From NCBI GenBank assembly GCA_951406725.2, contig OX597829.1:3906001-3970000 (forward strand): 64,000 nt of DNA, written 5' to 3'. The notes under the pieces were generated by a model. That model was not told where the DNA came from. It ran no database searches and saw nothing but the letters and a program-made list of their open reading frames with translations. A program made the translations under genes and the position numbers. Source of the DNA: Octopus vulgaris. Lineage: Eukaryota. Shown one piece after another: positions 40,223 through 52,146 of the stretch (position 1 is the first letter of the stretch; each line of letters starts with the position of its first letter).

Positions 40223-40958
40223 ATAATATTTTTAATATTATTCCCTGTGTAATTATTTCTAAATATTTCTGTTGATCTCTCTTTAAACCGACTCAATTGT
40301 AAACAATTTAGTTCGTAGCTTGATTGTTTTATATTTTCCAAGTTCCCCCGAACGTAAAATTCGTTATATAACTGGTGAAACGCAATACATGGAATTAGTA
40401 AGCATGTGCATGAGAAGGCCACAGGAATCGGAAAGAAAACCGAAAAGCGGAGAGGGGAAAGTCTAGCGAAATGGCAGACAGGTGGCTGCATATTCATTGT
40501 AAGGTTTCTTTCTACAGTGTCACGGCTTGTTTCAAGTAAAGCTACATCGAAAGAAGAGGCAGTGTGTTTTCGCTGGCGATGGATATCTTTTCTACTTCCT
40601 TTTGTGCTCGTTGAGTGGCTTGTTAGTTACAATAGTAGCTTTACTTCGTTATTGTTATCTTCGCGCTTTCCGTCAAATTTGTAATTATTGAATTGCTGGT
40701 ATGTTTAATGAAGTAGAAGTTGTTTTGTTTTGTTTTGGGTTTTTTTGCTCTTGTTTTTGTTTTGTCCTTACTTGTATTCTATTTTTGATTTTTCTTGGAG
40801 AGGCAGTCAGCAACCCTATGAGTTAATAGTTACGATGTCTGCCTCCCTTTTTATTTCTCTTAAGAATTACAATGTTCGGATGACTGGCTATCTTATCCTT
40901 TGGGATTAGCGAGATGCCAGTTTGAGGTCAAGCATCTCTTTTATGTTTTTGTTTTGTC

Positions 40959-41092
<134 letters not shown>

Positions 41093-41199
41093 ATGCTTCA
41101 ATTTAAGAGAAACTCTGAGAAGCCTCTGATTTTCTTTCATAATCTTGAAATACGAAATATTACTTTGTGTCTGTGTGTTTATGTTCTATATACATTAAT

Positions 41200-41231
<32 letters not shown>

Positions 41232-41386
41232 TGTATGTATGTATGTATGTATGTATATATATATATATACACACACATATATATATATATAAATGATATA
41301 CTATGTACAATATATATATTATACATTATATATACTATATGACTATATGTATGTATGATACACACACACACGCACACACACACACA

Positions 41387-41522
41387 CGACATGCTTCTTT
41401 CAGTTTCCATCTACTAAGTCCACTCACAAGGTTTTGGTCGGCCCGAAGACACTTGCCCAAAGTCTGAATCCGGAACCATGTGGTTGGTAAGCAAGCTACT
41501 TACCACACAGCCACTCCTTGCG

Positions 41523-41523
<1 letters not shown>
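41387..41523 (-). mobile_element. SINE family B, 5' half
   Basis: ggaaccatgtggttggtaagcaagctacttaccacacagccactcc. Confidence 0.8.
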
Positions 41524-41562
<39 letters not shown>

Positions 41563-41567
<5 letters not shown>

Positions 41568-41990
41568 CATATGTACATATATACATATATATATATATAT
41601 GTACATATATATATATATATATGTACATATGTACATATATATATATAACATATGTACATATATATATATATATAACATATGTACATATATATATATATAA
41701 CATATGTACATATATATATATATAACATATGTACATATATATATATATATAACATATGTACATATATATATATAACATATGTACATATATATATATATAA
41801 CATATGTACATATATATATATATATATATATCATATGTACATATATATATATATAACATATGTACATATATATATATATAACATATGTACATATATATAT
41901 ATATATATACATATGTACATATATATATATATAACATATGTACATATATATATATATAACATATGTACATATATATTATATAACATATAT
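41563..41990. repeat. Minisatellite, unit TAACATATGTACA(TA)n
   Basis: More than a dozen repeats of a palindromic core separated by variable TA runs. Confidence 0.9.
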
Positions 41991-43020
41991 CCATATTTAT
42001 AATATATAATACTATATACATAACATATATATAATATAATATATTATAATTTTATAATATATGTGTGTGTGTGTATACACAAACACACGTTACCTTTCTC
42101 TATTTTTTCTTCTTACTGTCTTTTTTTTTTCTTTCCTTCTGTTTTTCACTGTTCATTATGCCCCGGGGCCAAACTCTAGAAGCCAGGTTAATGTTTCCAG
42201 AGAGCGCCTCTCTCGTCGGCAACCAAGTAAACTTCCATATTTACGTCCTTCATATATTTTGTAATTCTATTTATGCTGTCCATTATCCAATTCCTAGTAA
42301 CATATTGTTCATTATCTTGTCTGCCGTCTTCTCTTTTCTTCCATTCTTACCCCTGTGTGTGTGTTTTGTTTTTTTTTTCCTTTTCTTTGTATGTCTTTAT
42401 TGTCTCCCTCTTTTGCCGACTTCCTACAATGTCCGCCATGTTCTTCACTCTTTTAAAACAAAATAAATCAGACCGAGCAATGGCGGCTAATAAGAGCCAC
42501 TTGGCTGATTATAATTTGATATACCTCCATTACTTTAATGGAAGCGTATGACTGCGCCGCTCTATTAATGTATTCGGAGTGTGTTAGCTACAAAGGAACA
42601 TAGCAATCCTCCTTACGCCACTTATCCACGTACGTAGTGTCTTTGTTTTTAGAAGCCCCATCCACGCCCACCCCCGCGCATGTGTGTGTGTGTGTATATG
42701 TTTTGCAAACGCGCGTGCGCGCGGGGACATTTATGTGTGTATGTACCGGCATAGATATAAACCCATCTTAACACGAATTAAGAATTATGCTATCAAAATT
42801 AGGATTCAGTTTCTTTCGATGGATATGTGTAACTGTTCAGTGCACTTACATACACGCTCACATACATACACACACACACACACACACATGTATACATATA
42901 CTTACAGATATATGCATACACTCACACATTCGTACATGCATTCACAAATATAAATATATACATGCATACACACGTATATACATTCATATACATATTCTTC
43001 AATTATATATATATATATAT

Positions 43021-43249
43021 ATTTCTTTACTGCACACCAGGGGCTAAACTTAGAGGAGACAAACAAGGACAGACAAAGGGATTAAGTCGATTACATCGAC
43101 TCCAGTGCGTAACTGGTATAATTTATCGATCCCGAAAGGATGAAAGGCAAAGTCGACCTCGGCGGAATTTAAACTCGGAACGTAACGACGAGCGAAATAC
43201 CGCTAAGCATTTCGCCCGGCGTGCTACCGTTTCTGCCAGCTCGCCGCCT
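43021..43249 (-). mobile_element. SINE family A
   Basis: Reverse complement of the family A consensus, ending tcgccgcc. Confidence 0.88.
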
Positions 43250-43575
43250 ACGGTAGTGTTAGCTTCTGTTGATGTAAAAACCATGAGAGCAATGTGAAAA
43301 TGCACCTTAAGATTTAGTCACACAATAAATATAAGGTGTACTGGGAAGGAACCGACGAATTCTATTCGATTAGATCACAAGCTGTGACAAAAGAACTTTG
43401 TCAAACCAATATAACTAATTAGTAATCAAATTGATTAATTTTATAAAACTGAAGCGAAATACCAAAAGGCTTTTTCAAGTGAATGTATGGTCTTTCCAGA
43501 ATCCCTTAAAATTCATAACAAACTTCTGTTTTAGAAAATCACTATTTTTAAATCTCACAACAAGAGATATTCAAC

Positions 43576-43826
43576 AACAGTGCTTTGGAGTAAAGATTGT
43601 TTGCCAACATAACATGGCAGTCCTGGTTTAGGACGAATGTTGTTGTAATTTAGCCACAGGAGTCTAGGGTTGCTAGATTCCCTTATTCGAAAATGTAAGG
43701 ACACAGATCGTGTCATATAGCCAGCTGGAGACGATGTCTCCTGGGGCTAAATTACAGCAACGTTCATCCTAAACCAGGACTGCCATGTTATGTGTTGGCA
43801 AACAATCTTTACTCCAAAGTTCTGTT
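43576..43826. mobile_element. Element with an inverted duplication (about 87-bp arms) around a structured core related to the HHR element at 60027
   Basis: 43576-43662 is the reverse complement of 43738-43826. 43663-43755 aligns with 60069-60180. Confidence 0.75.
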
Positions 43827-43969
43827 TGTTGGGAGTTTACTGACAAAACACTGTTCTTGCTTCTCTTTCTTTAATTACTATACTTGGAAAACATTGAGCA
43901 GCATTAACATAAAGTTTGAAAACTAATATATCATTTAAATAATAATGCCTAATTTCACTAAATTTTATT

Positions 43970-44044
43970 TTAACTATTTTTTTCTTCTTTTTTTACAGGT
44001 AAGTGATACGAATTATTTCCGAAATTGTCTATTGGAAGGTAAGT
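43970..44044 (+). other. Candidate recursive splice site (3'ss abutting 5'ss) with a 40-nt RS-exon/microexon
   Basis: Long polypyrimidine tract, then tacag|GTAAGT (AG at 43997-43998), 40 nt, and gaag|GTAAGT (44039-44044). ctaat/cactaaa branch-like motifs lie upstream. Confidence 0.6.
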
Positions 44045-44584
44045 GTTTGTGTTTTATTTAAATATAATATTGTTCCGTTGAAGTCGGACATATAAGGTTG
44101 TCTCCATTATCGTTATTATATTTGGAGTTGTTTACTGTAAGATTAAGATAATTCTATGTCTGCCATCTTATCAATAGAGCGACACTTAATACGCTTGTTG
44201 TGCTTGGCTCTTGCTAATGAACAACTCATCCAGCTTCGTTTTGTCGTAAATAAATAAAATCCGAGACTATAACAACATTTATGTTTCCATTTCGTTATTT
44301 TACGAAAACAGAATAAATAAAATAAAGTAAAAAATTAAAAAAGAGACAAACTAAAGGAAAATTCTTGGCATTTATCCACTAAATCGTTTCTTTTTCTCTT
44401 ATTCTTTATTCGTGAAATGATTTTAAAAATAAGTAATTCATTACTTTTTCAGCTATGCTGTATTTAAATTTTAACATACAATTTTCCTTCACTTTGTCAT
44501 GATTCCACTTTATCGCTGTTTGCATTTCGGTTCCGTTTCCTTCTCTCTTTCTTTTTTCTTTTCTTTTTTTTCTTGCTTTTCTTT

Positions 44585-44615
<31 letters not shown>

Positions 44616-45091
44616 TTAGAAAATCAGTTTCTGTTTCACGTTTCCTTTTTCTTTCAGTATCTTTTTTCATTTCACTTCTTCAATAATAACGAGATTGGCC
44701 ACACTCAAACACCAATGTCTTGTGTTAAAAATATTTTAAAAAATATTTTCTGAAATATTTTCGAAATTGTAAAGGTCGATAAAGCCAATTTCTCTAGAAA
44801 TAATAATTAAAGGAAAATTAAATCAACTCCCAAATAAAAGTGTGATACAGAAATTAGGAAAAGGGTTTATCATAAACGAAACAATTTGATTAGATAATGC
44901 TTTTGTTTTTTTAATGAAGGAAAAGATCGGATCTAAAATAATGGCGGGATCCTCGGTAACTTTAAAAGATGCAACATACATAAGTACACACATTCATTAG
45001 GGAAGCAATGGGGAAAAGATGTATTACTTTCACCAGAAGGCAAAGCACAAACTATGTGTTTACATAAACGGGCGCATAATAATGGTGTTCA

Positions 45092-45457
45092 TCTCTATAT
45101 GTAAACGGCAAAATGTCTGTGTGTGTGTGTATCCTTTATACAAATCCACAATTATTCAGCTAGAGAGCTCGCACTTTCTATGGTCATTCAAAACCGTCCA
45201 AGGGTGGCCGTGCACTTCTTTACATTTCCCCAGTCACCCCGCAAAGCCATTAAAAAATCAATAGAAGTGACTTTTTTGTGAATTTTCTATCCAAAACCCA
45301 ATCAAAATGCCTGAAACTTGATACGCCAATTGAATGCCAGCTAGCTGTATGTGATTGGTCGGAGATTTGGACAGTACTCGCGTGTATGTGCGCACGCACG
45401 CAGCTGTATATGCATGCACTAGCACTATGACCCGGCGTTGCCGGGTCATAGTGCTAG
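45092..45457 (+). mobile_element. Non-autonomous Helitron
   Basis: A|TC start (tctctatatgtaaacggc), GC-rich subterminal hairpin and CTAG|T end, no TSD. Its 5' end resembles that of the 51633-52146 element. Confidence 0.75.
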
Positions 45458-46274
45458 TCATATCTATTTCAATAAGTAATTGCTTAGATTTCATTTGTAT
45501 TTTTGGTTATTAATATCGTAAGAATCTCCCTCGCTTTATACGATTTCAATTTACATGGCAACTACTAACATCATCTGCTGTGGAAACCGAGGGTTAATTG
45601 AATTTCTCATTTTTGAATCATTTTTCTTTTACAGCAGCTTATTGAACATTAATATGTCTTGAATGAATGAATAAAATATTTTCAGACCTTGTTTATTTTC
45701 ATACTTTCTCGAAACGTAGACCATAATTATCTAAAATACTCGGCAAACCTGTTAACGCTGTTTTTAGGTGAAATGCTTGGTCATAATTGCATGTTTGCCG
45801 GGTGAAATATTGTGCTCTGTTATAGTTATTACTTAAATAAACCTTGAGTAACGATAGCGAGAAAGAAATTAATGCTGTGTTGCTTAGTGTTTCAAAGATG
45901 ACTGCTTCGCTGATACAGTAAGAAGTTCTAAGCTTAGGTTTATGTATTAAACGCACAATATTCCTGGTCAAAGGCGGGAATCTTAGCGCCAGTCGGTGGA
46001 CATTTTGTATGGATTGTCCTTGGACCGGAAACTGTCTGGATGTTTGCAACAGAGTAGCCTCTGTTAAAAAATGTCCGGGAATTTATTGAGGAAGAGTAGT
46101 TATTTGGATTGATCCCAGTACAACTCATTTTCTTTCTTACTTTAAACTCACCTTGAGAAACAGACCAATAATCAGTCCCTTCTAACTTCTATGTTTTATG
46201 CTCTTATTTTAATTTTTTTTTTAACAATTACCATTTTCCACTTTTCTTCATTTCTACCTTTAGTTATGATTTTT

Positions 46275-46460
46275 ACGTAATCCTTGCTCTTGGTACAATC
46301 TCATGATGTTCCCATGTAGTGCTTGATTTTCATACAACCCCATGATGTTCCCACGTGGCCCTTGGTCTTCGTACAACCGCATGAATTTTCCACATGATCC
46401 TTGATCTTCAAACAACCCGAAGATGTCCCCATATGGTCTTTGGTTTTCGTTCAATCCCAT
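46275..46460 (-). repeat. 39-bp tandem repeat (about 5 units), in frame in an ORF giving a 13-aa repeat
   Basis: GDIFGLFEDQGSC/GKFMRLYEDQGPR/GNIMGLYENQALH/GNIMRLYQEQGLR in ORF 46260-46562. Confidence 0.85.
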
Positions 46461-47011
46461 TGCTGTATTCGCGAAAGAGCTTCTTGGACTATCCTGCCAG
46501 CCTATCGCATGGTTCATAAATTCCAGGTGATTAATCTGGAGTTCCTTCTTCAGGTCAAACATCGCTTTGGTTCTTTCCTGAGAACGGCTTTGACCAGTGA
46601 CTAACGTATACGTCTCGCTTTCTATTCTTGTTTCTTTAGCAAGAAAGGTCTAAACGCCGATGAATTGCTCCTACAACCCTCTACTCTAAATTTGGGGATG
46701 AAATTTGTATTAATAGTTGTTTACTTTAACATGCTCACAAACAATCAGTAGCTGCCAGTCTTTGTGACTTTAGGGAAGAACTCCTGCAATACATAGGAAT
46801 CTTGCTATATTATTAGTATGAAACGGCGAGGTTTACTACGGCTAGAAATTTTAATCTGGTTCCCTATATTTTATTCCGGTTATCTCTTAGTGAGGCTTGC
46901 AATATTACCATTGTCAACCAAATCTTCAAATTATACCCTAGCATATTATCAGATAATGAAGACGTCGTCAGTTACACAAAATGGATTGTCTTTGATTGTA
47001 GGCTCCCTCAA

Positions 47012-47243
47012 TTAACCCTTTAGCATTCAGATTACTCTGTCCTATGTGATACTTATTTATTCACATTGTTTTGAATTAATCATGCATTGTCTCATAGTTT
47101 CGAGATTTCAATGAGATGATTGCTTATTTGTAGAAAGATAAATTTAGACTGGTAGTTCCAAGAGGCCCGAGTTGGCTGGCATGAACATGATGTAGATGGG
47201 ATGTTTTGGCCAGATAAGGTTGGTTTAAATGCTAACGACTTAA
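47012..47243. mobile_element. piggyBac-type MITE, second copy (inverted, one TIR decayed)
   Basis: ttaaccctttagcattcag ... tttaaatgctaacgacttaa; the interior is similar to the reverse complement of 10531-10755. Confidence 0.7.
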
Positions 47244-48690
47244 AGCTGGTCTGAGACTAAACAACAATAAATACGAAGACAGCACTTCTTCCTATTTTTC
47301 TGAAGAAAGTCTGCCAGTACTTGCTTCGGTCTAGTAAACAACTGCAAATTATCGAGTTACGTATATGATGCCAGACAAATATTCCCCGAATTAATAGTTA
47401 CAACTGATGTTGTGTTGTTCACTTAGTGATTGCAACAACATTGAAAGTTATACTCAATTAAATCGAACCCAGTATTTACTCTGGTACTTATTTTATCGAT
47501 CTATATGTGTCGAGTGGAATAGGTCTAACTCTGGAGAAGTGGAACGTAACACCAAATACCACAAGGTATCCATAGCACCGATTTTGTTTTTAACTGAATG
47601 CAGGATTAACCTTTTTTTTCTTATAAGAGCTTGAAATCAATTTCTCTATATTACTTTCCAATACGGAACGTCTATGTAGCCACTCTAACTGCTAGAAAAA
47701 GCAGCCAAACCTTCCCCAAGTACCAGTTTGTTGTTTAACCCCCCATGATCGTGCAGATTTGTTATCAAAAAATATTGAAGCCGTAAAATTCTTTTTGTAT
47801 AGTGAAGGCGACAAAATACAAAATGCTTTAAAAATAATGAATAAAATAGTAGCGTGTGGTTCGGGAAAAATTTAGCTGTTATTTCATCCAGCGGGAGTGA
47901 CGCGTAAAGACCCGCCCATTCAGTGGTTCGGTTGGTTGTTCAATACCCTATCATCTTTATTTGCCTTATCAAGCTCTCATAAATTATTATAATCGCTGAT
48001 AAACAACAACTCCTGTATCTTCCATTTTGTTTGGGTTTTTTTCTCAATGGATAGCAGACGTTATTGATATGGGAGATGATACTGTTGCTGAACGTGTTAA
48101 ATATTGTTGTTAGACATTAAGGTATCTAAAAATGGAAGGGGTTGGCAAACTACGGTCGTTTTTAAAAGTTATAGCATGTAATTGCAATTATTGTGCTGTA
48201 GAATAAAGAGTGACTGTACGGTGGTGGTGGTGGTGGTGGCGGTGGTGTTTTTGGAGTCTGGAAGTGGCAGACGTAGAGGATGTAGTGGAAGATAAATGGA
48301 CTGACTGGGTGTAGTGCAAGTAAATTCTGTGGAAATTGCAAGTCTGAGGTATTAATTAAATGCTTTCACCCACCATTTACTCTTCATTTTGTTTTATGCT
48401 ATAATGTCAGTTTGATTATAGAGTTCAATGATTGATTGCAGTCTCTTCATTCTGTTCCTTCGAACCCCCCCCCACCTCTCTCTTACTCGGTTTCGCCATA
48501 TTTATTTATTTATCGTCTGGTCAATCATTTCTTTACGTGTCAAGGAGGAGACACTTTCCAACATATTCTTACATCCATTTATTTGGACTAGAAATGATGC
48601 TTCTATTCGACACTAAAAAGAATGGCATTTTGCATGTGATAATACGATTACACATATACTCCCCGCGCTCTCTCTCTCTCTCTCTTTCTT

Positions 48691-48734
<44 letters not shown>

Positions 48735-49067
48735 TTGAAGTGAAAAATATTTTTTTATGTACGATATTTGATGGCATATAGACTCACTTTTTTTTTTCCC
48801 TCAAAAAATATTTCTAAAAGTCACTCCGAGTCTTGTGTAAGGAAAATGGGTCTATATTCCATGCTTTAATGCACTAAAATCTGGTGGGGAGGGTTCCTGT
48901 TTCCTAAGTATTCGCTGCTGAAATTGAAATGCATCTAGTACTCCCATGCTTCTTTTGTGCCATAAAATATAATAAATGTTTATAGAATCACCCTTTCATT
49001 GTTTCCCTTCAACTTTCTCATTTTATTTTCATCTCTTCAATAATGAGGAAGACCCGCTCCTCTAAAC

Positions 49068-49417
49068 CAGTGGTTTTCAACCATTTTTTAAAAACCTACG
49101 GATCCCTTTGATTATTATTTTGTTCACTGATGATTCTTTCAAAGTTCTTATTTTGATTTTCATCCATTCACTTGTGTAGGCTTCTAGTAGAACTCTCGCA
49201 GAGAACATGTTTCAGTGACCAAAAATCATGTTGACCTAAGTAAAAACATTCTACAGAACCTGTATCTTGTAATAAATACATCAAAAGTAAAAGTTTTTCA
49301 TGGACTCTTAAAATACTACGGCGAATCCCCCAATTTACTATTTTGCTTGTGTGGACGCCCCCCCCCCCATCTTATATGGACCTCCAGGGATCGTATGGAC
49401 CCTAGTTGAGAACCATT
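49068..49417. mobile_element. hAT-type MITE
   Basis: cagtggttttcaac ... gttgagaaccat termini with tctaaac repeated on both flanks. Similar ends occur at 59071-59084 and 61277-61292. Confidence 0.65.
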
Positions 49418-49580
49418 CTAAACTAACATTTTGTATTAGAAATATATTTAATGATTTGTTAAATATTTTCGAAATTCTGAAGTCAAGAAAACCGATTTCT
49501 TTTGAAATGATAATTAAAAAGCATGAAATCAATTCCCAAAATAGAATGTGTTTTACAGGAACTAGAAAAAAAAGTTGGGG

Positions 49581-49755
49581 CACCGCCTTGAATTCTTAGT
49601 CGAATGGATCAGCCCTGGTACTCATTTTTAACCCTAGTATTTCTATCAGTCTCTTTTGCCAAACCGCTAGTTTACAGAGACGCAAAGACACCAGTTGTCA
49701 AGCGATAGCGAGGGTACCCAAGTACACATACACACACACACACACACGTACACAC

Positions 49756-49805
<50 letters not shown>

Positions 49806-49875
49806 GACCTCTTTCTGTTTCTATCTACCAAATTCACTCACAAGGCTTTGGTCGGCCGAGGTTATAGTAGCCTCT

Positions 49876-49931
<56 letters not shown>

Positions 49932-50044
49932 CTTGCTTCGCAGCCACATGATTCCAAGTTCAGCCCCACTGTGTGGCAACTTGGCAAATATCTTCTATTA
50001 TTGCCTCGAGCCGACCAAAAGCGTTGTGAGTGTATTTGGTAGAC
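49581..50044. mobile_element. Two SINE family B fragments in opposite orientation around (TA)n
   Basis: 49581-49870 on the minus strand; 49930-50044 on the plus strand. Confidence 0.7.
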
Positions 50045-50059
50045 AATCGCTAAACATTT

Positions 50060-50262
50060 TTTTACTCTCTCCGTTTCTTTGCATTTTTATTTCTTTAAAC
50101 CTTCTCATTCCGTTTTTCTCCCCTCCCCTTAATCTTTTCTGTCGAAAACCGTAGGCTCGAAACGTCAAAGACTTTTCCATTCTTCTCGAGCGTTAACGTA
50201 ATACACCTGCTTGTTGTTCCTTCACCTGCCTTCGTCTTTTGTTTTCTGTAAATTCGAACTAA
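50060..50262 (+). mobile_element. Short repeat (family H2) with a hammerhead-like motif at 50134-50170
   Basis: ctttt-CTGTCGA-aaacc-gtag-gctc-GAAAC-GTC-aaag; homologous to 29027-29189. Confidence 0.7.
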
Positions 50263-50866
50263 TACATATACGCATGCGCGCGCGTGTGTGTGTGTGTACA
50301 CTCTGCCCAACGTATTGAGTCCTATATCAGATAATGTTTGTGCTATTTTGAATGTATTATTTTCTAATATACACTACTGGGCAATTCTTATGATACAATG
50401 AAAAGCAGTTCCGTTTAGGATCGAATCCTAGAGGACAGGGCTGCGAAACGAGTTTGAAGAAAACAAAACAAGCATTAACCTAGTGCAGGTGCCCCAGCAT
50501 GACCACCACCACTCTCTCTGAAACAGATAATAGAATAACAGAATGCTCAAGTATTTGTGCGAGATTACAAAAATGGTAGATCGATGAAATTTTATCCCCA
50601 AGTCCAAATTTTGCTGGCACGAATTCTGCCTTTCCGTTCACTGACAAGTTATTTAAAAATAAGTGTTCAATGGCTACTTAATCATCGACTATTACTGTCT
50701 TTGACTCCTCCCTGTACACGTGCACGCTTCAGATATTGATTTCTTTTTTTTTGTTTTTGTTTTGTTTCTTCGCAACATTTGCTTTCACTGGAAGAGCAAT
50801 TTAGTTGCTCTTCTGATGATATCGATATTGTTTCTCAACCTTAAAAATTGGGCCAACTTGCTATTT

Positions 50867-50928
<62 letters not shown>

Positions 50929-51117
50929 TGTTGTGTCTGGGGAGAGTCATTTTCTTTTTGTGCCTTATAATTTTACACACCCACCGCTAAAATTTCCACT
51001 TATTTCTTATTTTTATTTTCCTAAAATTTTCGTTGCGTCTTTGCAACCTTTTCAATAGTCAATACCATTGCTTCAACACACGAACTCACATAAAGAATCT
51101 TGCAAACCAAATTCCAA

Positions 51118-51178
<61 letters not shown>

Positions 51179-51632
51179 AAAGTGAGGATGTATATTGTTT
51201 TATTTTGTTGGATTTGGATATTCCTATTTATGTAGTTAATAAATAATATGAATTGGTAATATCTGTAAGTCGATATGAATCACGACTATAAGATACCCGG
51301 TTTTGGTTAAACTGCACCGCAAAATGTGGGAGTAGCTAGGAATCTAAATCGTAGGAGACAGACACACAACCTTACTTTTATATATAAAGATATATAAATA
51401 TATATATCATGTCCATTCTCCGATGTGGTTAAGTATCTCATGATATCTTTATTTATAGCTGAGGTTGGAGTGGTGTCAGAATCGTTAGAGCACCGGACAG
51501 AATGCATTTCGTTCAGCTCACAGCCTTTTACTCCTCCGGGGTCAATAAAGTACTGGGATGAATGGTATCAGTTAAACACTCTTCCAAAATTGTAGGAGGC
51601 CCTTTGCCTAGATTAGAAACAGTTATTTATAA

Positions 51633-52146
51633 CTAGCAGCATAGCCCGGCATTTCCCGGGTATGTAAGAGCCCCTGGAGCAGACATGATGCTCGCAGTGA
51701 ATTTTTAAAAAATTCCTGCCAATTTGTGAGAAATATTGTTGAAAATATGTCATCTTGAATTTGAACGCGATTTCCCAAAATGGCATGATTTTATCGATTT
51801 TGTCTGATGGTAAGGTATTGCATGGAAAACTAACGTCAGAATTAAGTTTCTTAGGGTAACATTAAGCTTCACCATGAGTTTGGTGAAAATCGATTGCAAG
51901 TTGCGAAAACTACAACAGAAAATGTATTGCAAATAAAAAGCTTAGATTCTCGACCCCATGTCGAATTTATTGATTTTTTCAGAACTGGGGGAACTTTTCA
52001 AAATTTTCGCTGCGTTAGTTTTGAATTATGACATTGGGCTATGTGTGTGTCAAGTTTCATCAGAATCGGTTGAAAGCCGTGGTCAGAGTGACGGTACAAC
52101 CTGACAGACACACAGACAGACAAACTGCCGTTTATATAGAGAGAGA
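51633..52146 (-). mobile_element. Non-autonomous Helitron
   Basis: Minus strand: A|TCtctctctatataaacggc... with internal (GACA)-like repeats, a cccgggaaatgccggg hairpin and a CTAG|T terminus. Confidence 0.82.

Noticed and set aside
41563-41990. CRISPR-like repeat/spacer appearance (palindromic repeats; also 53700-54150)
   Set aside because: The spacers are only TA/TG runs, the context is eukaryotic and there are no cas genes; these are minisatellites.
45699-46049. 116-aa ORF as a Helitron helicase fragment (RQFPV...QGQS)
   Set aside because: The short motif resemblance is suggestive next to a Helitron, but the spacing and the rest of the sequence do not match well enough to call by eye; it needs an HMM search.
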